A DNA stretch of 64,000 nucleotides from Anaeromyxobacteraceae bacterium (GCA_035762305.1 DASTPH010000096.1:984-64983); one strand, 5' to 3'; positions 28,959-38,098 are shown, counted from the stretch's first letter. Numbers and translations: made by a program. Notes: generated by a model from the sequence alone, not told the origin.

Positions 28959-30374
28959 ATGACCACGCCGCGCCTGCGCTTCGCGCCCTCCCCCACCGGC
29001 ACCCTGCACATCGGCGGCGCGCGGACCGCCCTCTTCAACTGGCTCTGGGCCCGCCACGCCGGCGGGACCTTCATCCTGCGGATCGAGGACACCGACCGGG
29101 AGCGGTCCACCGGCGAGGCGGTGCAGGCCATCCTCGACGGCCTGCGCTGGCTGGGGCTGGACTGGGACGAGGGACCGGAGGTGGGCGGCCCCCACGGCCC
29201 CTACTTCCAGATGCAGCGCCTCGACCTCTACCGCGAGTATGCCCACCGGCTCGTGGGCCAAGGCAAGGCCTACGGCTGTACCTGCACCAGGGAGGAGCTC
29301 GACGCCCAGCGGGAGCAGGCCCGGGCCGAGAAGCGCCAGTACCTCTACCCGGGCACCTGCCGCGACAAGCCCTGGGACCCGTCCCGTCGGCAGGTGATCC
29401 GCTTCAAGGTGCCCAAGCTCCGGGAGGTCACCTTCACCGACCTGGTGAAGGGACCCCTGACCCGCCCGGGCTCCACCCTGCAGGACGAGGTGATCCTCCG
29501 CTCGGACGGGGTGCCGCTCTACAACTTCGGCGCGGTGGTGGACGACGTCACCATGAAGGTGAACCTGGTGGCGCGCGGCGACGACCACGTCAACAACACC
29601 GCCTTCCAGATCCTGATCTACGAGGCGCTGGGCTACCCGGTCCCGGCCTTCGCCCACCTCCCCATGATCCTGGGCGCGGACAAGGCCCGCCTCTCCAAGC
29701 GCCACGGCGCCACCTCGGTCACCGCCTACCGCGACATGGGCTTTCTGCCCGAGGCGGTGGTGAACTACCTGGTGCGCCTGGGCTGGTCCCACGGCGACCA
29801 GGAGATCTTCACGCGCGAGGAGCTGGTGCGGTTCTTCGACCTCGCCAAGGTGGGCGCCACCGCCAGCGTCTTCAACCCGGAGAAGATGGCCTGGGTGAAC
29901 CACATGTGGCTCAAGTCCCTCTCGCCCGACGAGCTGGCGCGCCGGGCGCTCCCCTATTTCCTCGCCGCCGGTCTCCCGGCCGAGCTCGGCCCGAAGCTCA
30001 CCTCCGTGGCCCGGGTGGGGGCGGAGCGGTCGAAGACGCTGGTCGAGCTGGCCACCCAGTTCCGCTACCTCTTCGAGCCGCCGGTGGTGGACCCCAAGGC
30101 CAGGGCCAAGTTCCTCACCCCGGAGGCGAGACCCCTGCTCCAGGCCGTCCGCGACGGGATCGCCGCCACGGCCGACCCCGACGCCGCCTCGCTGGAGAAG
30201 CTCCTCGGCGACCTGGCCGCCTCGCGGGGCCTGGCCCTGGGCAAGGTGGCCCAGCCGGTGCGGGTGGCGCTCACCGGCGGCACCGCGTCGCCCGGCATCT
30301 ACGACGTGATCCTCATCCTGGGCAAGGCCGAGGCGCTGGCGCGCCTCGACGCCGCCCTGACGCTCATCGCCTGA
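28959..30374 (+). CDS. gltX: Glutamate--tRNA ligase
   Basis: Class I motifs RFAPSPTGTLHIGGART (HIGH) and RLSKRHG (KMSKS). 471 aa. Confidence 0.95.
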   Translation: MTTPRLRFAPSPTGTLHIGGARTALFNWLWARHAGGTFILRIEDTDRERSTGEAVQAILDGLRWLGLDWDEGPEVGGPHGPYFQMQRLDLYREYAHRLVGQGKAYGCTCTREELDAQREQARAEKRQYLYPGTCRDKPWDPSRRQVIRFKVPKLREVTFTDLVKGPLTRPGSTLQDEVILRSDGVPLYNFGAVVDDVTMKVNLVARGDDHVNNTAFQILIYEALGYPVPAFAHLPMILGADKARLSKRHGATSVTAYRDMGFLPEAVVNYLVRLGWSHGDQEIFTREELVRFFDLAKVGATASVFNPEKMAWVNHMWLKSLSPDELARRALPYFLAAGLPAELGPKLTSVARVGAERSKTLVELATQFRYLFEPPVVDPKARAKFLTPEARPLLQAVRDGIAATADPDAASLEKLLGDLAASRGLALGKVAQPVRVALTGGTASPGIYDVILILGKAEALARLDAALTLIA

Positions 30375-30385
30375 AGGGGGTTCCC

Positions 30386-31120
30386 GTGAGGCGCCTGGCC
30401 GTCGCACTTCTGCTCTCCTCCGCGCTCGCTCCGCCAGTCCTAGCTCAGGCTCCCGCCACCGGGCCCGACGCTCCTCCCCAGGGCCAGGCCCCCGCAGTCG
30501 CGCCGGCCTCGCCGCCGCCGGGCTACGCTCCGGCGCAGAAGCCGCGGCGCCTGGAGCTCACCGCCTTCGCCGGCTACGAGGTCAGCTCCGACGTCACCAC
30601 CTCGACCGGAACCCTCCAGATCGACGACGCCCCGGGCTACGGCGTGGCCCTCGACTGGGCGCTGGCGCCGGGGAAGCAGCTGGAGCTCCTCTGGGTGTAC
30701 TCGACCCCCGACGTGCGCCTCAGGGGAACGGCCCCCGGCGCTCCCAGCAGCTCGTCCTTCCAGGTCGACGCGCACTACTTCCAGCTCGGCGGGCTCGCCA
30801 CCTTCGGCAAGGGGAACCTGGAGCCCTTCGCCTCCGGCTCCCTGGGCGCGGCCATGTACGTGCCGGGGACCATCGTCCTCTCCAGCGGCGCTCCGCTGTA
30901 CCCGGCGACCACTTGGCGCTTCGCCTTCTCCCTCGGCGGCGGGGTCAAGTTCTGGCTGGGCGACCGCCTCGGTCTGCGCCTGCAGGCCCGGCTCCTGGCG
31001 CCGGTGCTGTTCTCGGGCGGGGCCTTCTACTCGGGTCCCGGGGGCTCCGCCCTCACCGTGAGCGGCGGCATCCCCTACGTCCAGGGCGACTTCACCATCG
31101 GCCTGACGTTCGCGCCCTGA
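30386..31120 (+). CDS. Small outer-membrane beta-barrel protein (OmpW/porin-family like)
   Basis: GTG start. Signal peptide VRRLAVALLLSSALAPPVLAQA, Pro/Ala linker, then alternating-hydrophobic strands (ELTAFAGYEV, GYGVALDWAL, LELLWVY, RFAFSLGGGVKFW, FTIGLTF). Confidence 0.65.
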   Translation: MRRLAVALLLSSALAPPVLAQAPATGPDAPPQGQAPAVAPASPPPGYAPAQKPRRLELTAFAGYEVSSDVTTSTGTLQIDDAPGYGVALDWALAPGKQLELLWVYSTPDVRLRGTAPGAPSSSSFQVDAHYFQLGGLATFGKGNLEPFASGSLGAAMYVPGTIVLSSGAPLYPATTWRFAFSLGGGVKFWLGDRLGLRLQARLLAPVLFSGGAFYSGPGGSALTVSGGIPYVQGDFTIGLTFAP

Positions 31121-31191
31121 CCCCGAACTCGGCTGGTGACCGGGGCGCCGGCCGGGCCTACCATGTCCCGGGTCTCTCCGGAGGACGTCGC

Positions 31192-33561
31192 ATGACTGCC
31201 CACCCCCTTCCCTGCCTCCTGGCGCTGGCGCTCCTGGCGCCGCCCGCCGCCGCCCAGCAGCCCCAGCCGGCCACGGGAGCGCAGCCCGCCCCCGCGGCCC
31301 AGTCGCCGGCCGCCGGCGGCTGGCCCCAGGCCATCCAGGACGGGGACCTCACCTTCCTGGTGTACCAGCCCCAGATCGACTCCTGGGAGGGCGATAGGCT
31401 CTCCGCCCGCCAGGCGGTGGCGGTCCAGAAGGCCGGCCAGGACGCGAAGAGCTACGGGGTGGTCTGGCTCGCCGCCCGCACCGACGTGGACAAGGAGGCG
31501 GGACGGGTCCGGCTCTACGAGCTCGCCATCACCAAGGCGAGCTTCCCCGGCGACGAGAAGTCGGCGCCCGCCTGGCGCGAGGCGCTCCAGAAGAAGCTCC
31601 TCGGGGAGATGGAGATGAGCCTGGAGCGCCTGCAGATGGCGCTGGCGGTCGCCGAGGCCGAGAAGACGCGGAAGGGCGTCAAGGTCCGCAACGACCCGCC
31701 GGCGATCCTCTTCCGCGAGAAGTCGGCCATGCTGGTGTACGTGGACGGCAAGGAGGCGTTGCGGCCGCTCGAGGGCACCGGCCTGGAGCGCGTCATCAAC
31801 ACCCGCCCGCTGGTGGTGCGCGATCCGGCCTCGGGGCGCTTCTCCCTGCGCCTGCTCGACGGCTGGATGGAGGCCGAGGCGCTCGACGGTCCCTGGCGCA
31901 TCGCCCAGAGCCCGCCGGCCTCGCTGGCTGCGGCGCTCGACTGGGGGCAGAAGAACGACAAGGTGGTGGACCTGCTGGTGGCGAAGCCGGTGGAGGTGGA
32001 CCCGGCCGAGGCCGAGGGGGCCGAGAAGGTCGAGCCGCCCTCGCTGGCCAGGGGCCAGGCGCCCGAGATCGTGGTGGCCCGCAAGCCCACCGAGCTGGTG
32101 GTCACCGACGGCCCGCCCAACCTGGCGCCCATCGACAAGACCGGCCTCCTCTACTGGACCAACACCCGCTCGGACGTGCTGGTGGACACCGCCGGCGGGC
32201 AGACCTACCTCCTGCTCTCCGGGCGCTGGTTCGCCGCCCGGACCACCGCCGGCCCCTGGACCTTCGTCCCCCCCGACAAGCTGCCCAAGGACTTCGCCGC
32301 CATCCCCGACGACGGCCCCAAGGGCAACGTCCTCGCCTCGGTGGCCGGGACCCCTCAGGCCGCTGAGGCCCGGATCGCCAACTCCATCCCCCAGACCGCC
32401 ACCGTCAAGAAGAGCGAGGCCAGGTTCACCGCCAGCTACGACGGCGGTTCGCCCAAGCTCCAACCCATCGAGGGCACCTCCCTCCACTACGCCGCCAACA
32501 GCCCGACCCCGGTCATCCAGGTGACGCCCCAGAGCTGGTACGCCTGCGTCAACGGGGTGTGGTTCACGGCCGCGGGCGCGGCCGGCCCGTGGGCGGTGGC
32601 CACCAGCGTGCCGGCGGCCATCTACGCCATCCCGTCGTCGTCTTCCCTCCACTACGTGACCTACGTCAAGGTGTACGGCTCGACCGCCGAGACCGTCACC
32701 GTCGGCTACACCCCCGGTTACATGGGCACCGTGACCACGACCACCGTGGTGGTCTACGGCACCGGCTACTATTACCCGCCCTACATCGGCCCCACCGTCT
32801 GGTACGGCCCGCCGGTCACCTTCGGCTTCGGCGTCCACGTCGGCTGGAGCCCGTGGACCGGCTGGCACATGGGGTTCAGCTTCGGATTCTACGGCCCTGG
32901 CTTCTCCGTCGGCTTCGGTGTCGGCCCGTGGTGGGGGCCAATGCCCATCTACCGCCCTCCCTTCTACCCGGTGTACCGGCCGCCGTATCCCGGCTATCGG
33001 CCGCCGTACCCCGGCTACCGGCCTCCCTACGGCGGATACCCGGGCGCTCCCGGCTACCGTCCTCCGGGCGGCACCGCGCCTGCGCCGCCCCCGGGCGGCC
33101 GTCCTCCCGGCGGCACCGCCCCCGCCCCGCCGCCGGGCGGCGGCGGCCGTCCGTCCACCACCCCCTCGCGGCCGCCCTCCATCAACAGCGGCAACGTCTA
33201 CGGACAGTGGGGCGGCGCCGCCACCCGCCCGGCCACCCCCTCGACCGGCGCCCGGCCCGGGACCTTGCCGGCCGGCGGGGGAGCGCGCCCCTCGACCGGC
33301 GACGTCTACGCCGGGCGCGACGGCAACGTCTACCGCCCCTCGCAGGGCGGCGGCTGGGAGAAGCACGGCGCCGGGGGCTGGCAGAATGCGCCCAAGGCCC
33401 AGCCGCAGATGAATCGCGAGCAGTCGGCCCGGCAATGGGGCGACTACCGCGCCTCTTCCCCGTCGGCGTCTCGACCCAGCTCCCCGTCTCCCACCTCCTA
33501 CCGAGGCGGCGGCGGCGGAGGGTACCGCGGCGGCGGAGGTCGCGGCGGCGGCCGGAGGTAG
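31192..33561 (+). CDS. Secreted hypothetical protein with aromatic/Gly/Pro-rich low-complexity C-terminus
   Basis: Signal peptide MTAHPLPCLLALALLAPPAAAQ. About 560-aa globular part, then YRPPYPGYRPPYPGYRPPYGGYPGAPGYRPPGG, PPGG(R)PPGGTAPAPPPGG x2, DVYAGRDGNVYRPSQGGGWEKHGAGGWQ, and a terminal GGGGGGYRGGGGRGGGRR. Confidence 0.65.
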   Translation: MTAHPLPCLLALALLAPPAAAQQPQPATGAQPAPAAQSPAAGGWPQAIQDGDLTFLVYQPQIDSWEGDRLSARQAVAVQKAGQDAKSYGVVWLAARTDVDKEAGRVRLYELAITKASFPGDEKSAPAWREALQKKLLGEMEMSLERLQMALAVAEAEKTRKGVKVRNDPPAILFREKSAMLVYVDGKEALRPLEGTGLERVINTRPLVVRDPASGRFSLRLLDGWMEAEALDGPWRIAQSPPASLAAALDWGQKNDKVVDLLVAKPVEVDPAEAEGAEKVEPPSLARGQAPEIVVARKPTELVVTDGPPNLAPIDKTGLLYWTNTRSDVLVDTAGGQTYLLLSGRWFAARTTAGPWTFVPPDKLPKDFAAIPDDGPKGNVLASVAGTPQAAEARIANSIPQTATVKKSEARFTASYDGGSPKLQPIEGTSLHYAANSPTPVIQVTPQSWYACVNGVWFTAAGAAGPWAVATSVPAAIYAIPSSSSLHYVTYVKVYGSTAETVTVGYTPGYMGTVTTTTVVVYGTGYYYPPYIGPTVWYGPPVTFGFGVHVGWSPWTGWHMGFSFGFYGPGFSVGFGVGPWWGPMPIYRPPFYPVYRPPYPGYRPPYPGYRPPYGGYPGAPGYRPPGGTAPAPPPGGRPPGGTAPAPPPGGGGRPSTTPSRPPSINSGNVYGQWGGAATRPATPSTGARPGTLPAGGGARPSTGDVYAGRDGNVYRPSQGGGWEKHGAGGWQNAPKAQPQMNREQSARQWGDYRASSPSASRPSSPSPTSYRGGGGGGYRGGGGRGGGRR

Positions 33562-33592
33562 GGAACGCGCGGGGGCCTTGCGCGTCGGAGGG

Positions 33593-33756
33593 GTGGCGGT
33601 TGCGGCTGCTGCCGCGGTCACGGGTGCGGCTGCCGTTCCGCTTGCGGTTGCGGCTCCCACCGACCGCTCGCTCCCGATGCCGCAGGCGCATCCGCAGGCG
33701 GCAGCGGCATCCGGATCCGGACCCGCATCCGCATCCACAGCCGAAACCGCAGCCGG
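33593..33756. repeat. Inverted pair of hexamer-periodic tracts in a convergent intergenic region
   Basis: Left arm is (GGNTGC)-like: ggttgc ggctgc ... gggtgc ggctgc ... gcttgc ggttgc ggctcc. Right arm is (GCANCC)-like: gcatcc gcaggc ... gcatcc ggatcc ggaccc gcatcc gcatcc. Confidence 0.6.
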
Positions 33757-33767
33757 GAGCACCCGGC

Positions 33768-35477
33768 CTAATACCTCCCCTCCAGGGCGGCCAGGCCGGT
33801 CGCGCCCCAGTCGACCGAGACGGTCGAGCCCTCGCCACCCAGAGAGGGAATGGCGAACCGCGACAGGAGCGACAGCCTGAGCCGCAGCCAGGCGTTCAGG
33901 TCGAAGAGGCCGGAGAATGCGACTCCCACAGTGCTGTCCGCCGAGAGCGGCGCCGGCCGGCTGTCCATGGTGAAGGCCAGGCGGGCCATGAGGCGCGTCC
34001 CGGTGCCCGGTGCGAAGTCACCCTGGGCCCACAGGCTGCGCCCCGAGAGCCAGCCGAACTCCTCGGCGTAGCCGGCGGAGAAACCCCCCGACTTCCAGGC
34101 CTTCGGGACCAGGATCTCCGGCCCCACCCAGGAGCGCTCGTTGCCCGAGACGGCGTCGCTGGCCCAGCCGCCGAAGAGGCGCAGGGACACCGGCCCGAGC
34201 GCCTCCAGGGTGGCCGCCCCCTCGAAGTGGTCGGTCCGGCCCGGGTAGACGGCGGGCGCGGCCGGCTCGCTGGCGGGGAGATCGAAGTGCCGGTAGGAGG
34301 CGAGCAGGCTGAAGCTCCCGGCGCGGCGCCAGCCGAGGTCGGCCGCCCCGTACTCCAGGGCCCCGGTTCTCGACCCGTAGCGAAGCTGGGCCGACAGGTC
34401 CAGCTCGCGCCACAGCCAGGCCTCTCCCATGAGCTCGGCGGCGAAGCCACCGCCGGCCGGGACGCCCTCCACCACCGCCAGCCGCCCCTGATGGCGCACG
34501 ACGACGTCGGGCGAGGCGCGCTCCACGGCCCAGTAGGCGCCTCCCGTGCTCTGGTCCAGCGTCGGCTCGGTGGTGGCCGGGAGCGGCAAGAAGCCGCCGA
34601 AGAGCCCCACCTCGAGCTTTTCCGAGGGGCGCCAGCCGACCTGCGCCCCGTCGAAGACCGAGCTCCCCACCGCGCCCCAGGTCATGACCCGCCCCGCGCT
34701 CAGGGGGACGGTCACGCCGGGGTCCCGGCGCGCCACCTGGAGCTCCCGGACCAGGAGGAAGGCCTTCTGCCCCGGCTGGAAGCGCTCGGTGTCCGATTCC
34801 GCCGCGCGGTAGACGGCCTGGGCGTCCACCCAGAGCCGGAACCCCGACCCCAGCTCGGCCCCCCGAATGGTGCCGTTCACGAAGAGCTGGCTCTGGGTAC
34901 TGGCGCTCACCGAGCCCCAGAGCTGCGCCCCCAGCGACACCGCGCTCCGGAGCACCCGGTCGGCCTCGGCGGGCCGGGCGGCGGACGGGGCCCGCTCGAC
35001 GAGCGTGAACGCCGCCGCCTTCACCGCGGCCAGGCGCCGGGCCTGCTCCTCGGCGGTGGGCTGGGGCGGCAGCGCCTTCCCGGCCGCGGCCGCCGCGCCC
35101 TCGGGGAGGCGGAAGGTGTCCCCGGCCCGCAGGCCCGCGCCGGCGCAGGTGGCGCTCCGCTCCGAGATTGCCTCCACCGTGCAGCGCCCGGCCGGGCGGC
35201 CGCGCCGCACCAGGTCCACCGTCGCCCCGGCGAGGATTCCGTCGCGGCTCCCGGCGTCGAGGTAGGCGAGGCTCGCGGCCACGAAGCGGACCGAGCCGGA
35301 CGCGGCGCGGGGCCGGACCGAAACCGGGCGCAGCGGCAGCGGCGAAGTGGAGGCGGCCGGTTGCTTGAGCGGGGTTGCCGCGGCCGGGGACCGCTTCGGC
35401 TTCCCGGCGGGCTTTTGGGCGGGCGCGGCAGCCGCGGCCAGGGCCATCAGGGCGGCGGCCATCGGGACCGCGCTCAT
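33768..35477 (-). CDS. Predicted outer-membrane beta-barrel protein (porin-like partner of the multihaem cytochromes)
   Basis: Signal peptide MSAVPMAAALMALAAAAAPAQ. About 170-aa N-terminal soluble region, then about 390 aa of alternating-hydrophobic strands. C-terminal residue is aromatic (LAALEGRY). ATG overlaps the upstream stop (ATGA). Confidence 0.65.
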   Translation of the reverse strand: MSAVPMAAALMALAAAAAPAQKPAGKPKRSPAAATPLKQPAASTSPLPLRPVSVRPRAASGSVRFVAASLAYLDAGSRDGILAGATVDLVRRGRPAGRCTVEAISERSATCAGAGLRAGDTFRLPEGAAAAAGKALPPQPTAEEQARRLAAVKAAAFTLVERAPSAARPAEADRVLRSAVSLGAQLWGSVSASTQSQLFVNGTIRGAELGSGFRLWVDAQAVYRAAESDTERFQPGQKAFLLVRELQVARRDPGVTVPLSAGRVMTWGAVGSSVFDGAQVGWRPSEKLEVGLFGGFLPLPATTEPTLDQSTGGAYWAVERASPDVVVRHQGRLAVVEGVPAGGGFAAELMGEAWLWRELDLSAQLRYGSRTGALEYGAADLGWRRAGSFSLLASYRHFDLPASEPAAPAVYPGRTDHFEGAATLEALGPVSLRLFGGWASDAVSGNERSWVGPEILVPKAWKSGGFSAGYAEEFGWLSGRSLWAQGDFAPGTGTRLMARLAFTMDSRPAPLSADSTVGVAFSGLFDLNAWLRLRLSLLSRFAIPSLGGEGSTVSVDWGATGLAALEGRY

Positions 35478-36301
35478 GGCCGCCTCCCGGGCAGGGACGG
35501 CAGGCCGGGCACGGTGAGCCGTCCCGGCCGCGACGGGCCAGGCTTGCCGCCCCCGCCGCCGCTGCAGTTGGTGTGGCAGTTGGTGCAGCGGGTGGTGGTG
35601 CAGGCCGGACCGCACGCCGGCGGGTTCGGGTAGGTGAAGTGGCAGTCGCGGCAGGCGATTCCGGCGTGCTGGCCGCTGGAGATGACGAAGCAGGCGTCGT
35701 GGCCCGGGAAGAACCCGTTCTTGAAGCTCCAGGCCTGGTGGCACTCCCGGCAGTCGTGGGGGAAGCCGGCCGCGGCGTGGTCGATGGAGCCCGGACGGGA
35801 GGTCCCGAGGTAGTCGGCCTGGTGGCAGTCGTAGCAGGTGGAGATGGGGCGCGACTGGCCGCGGTTCAGCCGATCCCCGTGGCACTCCTCGCAGGGGATG
35901 AAGGCGTGCCGGCCGGTGAGCGGGAAGCCGGTCCGCCGGTGGGCGTCGGGGTCGAAGCGGGTCTGCCAGGACTCCTCGCCGTGGCAGGCGGCGCAGCGGG
36001 GGCCGAGGGTACCGCGGTGGGGGTCGCGGTGGCAGGCGCCGCACTCGCGCCCCAGCGACCGCGAGGTGTCCGCCCCGTGGCATCCCTGGCAGCCGACCCG
36101 GCGGTGCTCTCCCCGGAGCGGGAAGCCGGTGCGCTCGTGGGCGAAGGCCACGTCCTGCCAGCTCTCGGTGGAGTGGCAGCGCTCGCAGCGGCTGTCGGCG
36201 CCGGCGTGGAGCGAGGAGGGCGGCGAGGGGCGCAGGTCGGGCTCGGCAGCTGCGGCCGCCAGCGCGGCGAGCAGGGCGGCGGCGAGGGCGAGTGCGCGCA
36301 C
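35474..36301 (-). CDS. Multihaem c-type cytochrome, 9 CXXCH
   Basis: GTG start, 2 nt after the upstream stop. Signal peptide VRALALAAALLAALAAAAAE. CXXCH motifs: CERCH, CQGCH, CGACH, CAACH, CEECH, CYDCH, CRECH, CRDCH, CTNCH. Cys/Gly/Pro-rich tail. Confidence 0.85.
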   Translation of the reverse strand: MRALALAAALLAALAAAAAEPDLRPSPPSSLHAGADSRCERCHSTESWQDVAFAHERTGFPLRGEHRRVGCQGCHGADTSRSLGRECGACHRDPHRGTLGPRCAACHGEESWQTRFDPDAHRRTGFPLTGRHAFIPCEECHGDRLNRGQSRPISTCYDCHQADYLGTSRPGSIDHAAAGFPHDCRECHQAWSFKNGFFPGHDACFVISSGQHAGIACRDCHFTYPNPPACGPACTTTRCTNCHTNCSGGGGGKPGPSRPGRLTVPGLPSLPGRRP

Positions 36302-36303
36302 GG

Positions 36304-38085
36304 TCAGAACCCCTTCAGGGCGCCCTTGTGGAAGTCGGCGTGGCACCCGGCGCAGGTCTTGGGCAGGCCGCGCCAGCGCCGGACCTTCACGCCGTCCACC
36401 CTGACCTCGGCGTGGCAGGCCTCGCACTTGGCCCTGGCGTGCCGGCCGGTGAGGGCGTAGTCGGTGAAGGGGGGCTCGTGGCGGAAGCGGGCGGCCTTCC
36501 AGTCCTCGGCGCCGTGGCAGCGGCCGCAGTCGGTCCGGTCGCGAGACGAGCGGGCGAACTGGGCGCCGTGCGGGTCGGCATGGCAGGCGGCGCAGGCGCT
36601 CTCCACGCCGCCGTAGCGGGCCGCGCCGGTCCGGGTCCGGGAGTGGCAGGCGGCGCAGGCGGCCGTGAGGTGTTTCCCCTCCAGCGGGAAGCGGGTCTGC
36701 CCGTGGTCGAAGCGGGTGCGGGCGAAGGTGGTCACCTCGTGACAGCCGGCGCAGCCCTGGGGCCCGCCCTTCTTCGAGAACTCGGGGCCGTGCGGGTCGG
36801 CGTGGCAGGTCTCGCAGCGGGAGAGATCGCCGGCCACGTGGTAGACCGCCAGCGAGAGCTTCACCGGCCGGCCGCGCCGCTGAAGCTCGGCCCGGACCGC
36901 AGCCGGGAAGCGCTCGCCCACCCGCGGATCGCTCTGGTGGCAGGCCGAGCAGGCGACGGTGCGGTGCGCCCCCTCGAGCGGGTAGCGGCTCCGGGCGTGC
37001 TCCTCCGGGCCGTAGCTCACCGGCTGGTACCCGGCCAGCGAGTGGCAGCGGTCGCAGCGGCCGGCGTCGGGCCCGGAGCGCAGCATCTGGCCGCCGTGGG
37101 CGTCGGCATGGCAGTCGGAGCAGGCGGCGAAACCGAGCCCCTTCCAGAGCGGGGCCTCGGCGCCGAACGGGCCGTGGCAGGCCTTGCACTCCACCTCTGC
37201 ATGCCGCCCCTCCAGCGGGTAGCGGGTCTTCTGGTGGAAGGCGCGATCCTCGCCGGCGCGGGCCACCAGCGTCCGCCAGTCGGCGGGGGTGTGGCAGCGC
37301 TGGCAGGCAGGCCCGAACCGGCCCTGGTGCGGGTCCTTCTGGTGGCAGTCGGCGCAGGCGGCGTGGGCCACCGGCCGGTAGCGCAGGAAGTCCTTGCGGC
37401 GCGGGGCGCCCGGGCCCATCTCGGCGCCGTCCTCCAGCCGCGGGTGGCACTTGTCGCAGGCCACCCTGGCGTGCTTGCCCTGGAGCGGGTAGGCGGTGCG
37501 GGCGTGGTCGAAGCCCGGGGCCGGCTTCCAGCCCTTCTCGTCGTGGCACGTGCCGCACTCCCGTCCCAGCTGGCCGCGGTGCTCGTCGGCGTGGCAGGCC
37601 GAGCATGCCGACGGCGCCCCCAGGAACGTGGCGCGGCCCGGCTTCTTCTCGAGCCAGGCCCGGATGCCCGGGTCCGCGACCAGGGCCCGATCGTGGCACT
37701 TCTCGCAGCCCACGGGCGCGTGCTTGCCGCGCAGCGGCGTCCCGGTCCGAGCGTGGTCGAAGCGCGCCCGCCCGCCCGGCCCCCAGTCCACCAGGGCGAA
37801 GTCCCGCCCCTGGTGCTCGTGGTGGCAGGTCCAGCAGTCGCGCTCGGCGCCCGCGAGCCGCCCGTGGAGCCCGCGTCCGGCGGCCAGCGAGCCACGGAGC
37901 TCCTCGTGGCAGGCGAGGCACGACTCCTGCGCCAGCCGCCGCCCCTCGGGGTGGCAGCGGGTGCAGCTCTTCATGCCCTCCAGGGAGGCGTGCGGCTTCG
38001 CCAGCTCGCCCGGGGAGAAGAGATCCACCGCCAGGGCGGCGGGGGCGAGGGCGATGAGGCAGGCGGCGATCAGGGCGCGGGCCAA
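36304..38085 (-). CDS. Multihaem c-type cytochrome, 20 CXXCH
   Basis: TTG start with GAGGA RBS, 13 nt after the upstream stop. Signal peptide ARALIAACLIALAPAALA. 20 CXXCH by manual count, arranged as repeated F(D/R)HxxTx(F/Y)PLxGxHxxxxCxxCH modules. Confidence 0.9.
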   Translation of the reverse strand: MARALIAACLIALAPAALAVDLFSPGELAKPHASLEGMKSCTRCHPEGRRLAQESCLACHEELRGSLAAGRGLHGRLAGAERDCWTCHHEHQGRDFALVDWGPGGRARFDHARTGTPLRGKHAPVGCEKCHDRALVADPGIRAWLEKKPGRATFLGAPSACSACHADEHRGQLGRECGTCHDEKGWKPAPGFDHARTAYPLQGKHARVACDKCHPRLEDGAEMGPGAPRRKDFLRYRPVAHAACADCHQKDPHQGRFGPACQRCHTPADWRTLVARAGEDRAFHQKTRYPLEGRHAEVECKACHGPFGAEAPLWKGLGFAACSDCHADAHGGQMLRSGPDAGRCDRCHSLAGYQPVSYGPEEHARSRYPLEGAHRTVACSACHQSDPRVGERFPAAVRAELQRRGRPVKLSLAVYHVAGDLSRCETCHADPHGPEFSKKGGPQGCAGCHEVTTFARTRFDHGQTRFPLEGKHLTAACAACHSRTRTGAARYGGVESACAACHADPHGAQFARSSRDRTDCGRCHGAEDWKAARFRHEPPFTDYALTGRHARAKCEACHAEVRVDGVKVRRWRGLPKTCAGCHADFHKGALKGF

Positions 38086-38098
38086 GGGTCCTCGAGGT

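Noticed and set aside
28922-30385. Upstream part of 732-aa ORF 28922..31120 overlapping gltX
   Set aside because: The gltX frame has HIGH/KMSKS motifs. Only the last 244 codons (from GTG 30386) look like a real OMP, with a signal peptide.
31075-35633. Long ORFs 31075..33762 (-) and 32559..35633 (+)
   Set aside because: They lie opposite or out of frame to the secreted protein (31192-33561) and the barrel gene (33768-35477). Their composition is R/G/P-rich with no signal peptides or motifs.
36302-37921. N-terminal 540-codon extension of track ORF 35474..37921 (815 aa)
   Set aside because: This part overlaps the 20-haem gene in another frame and is Arg/Pro-rich. The real cytochrome begins at GTG 36301 with a signal peptide, 2 nt after the upstream stop.
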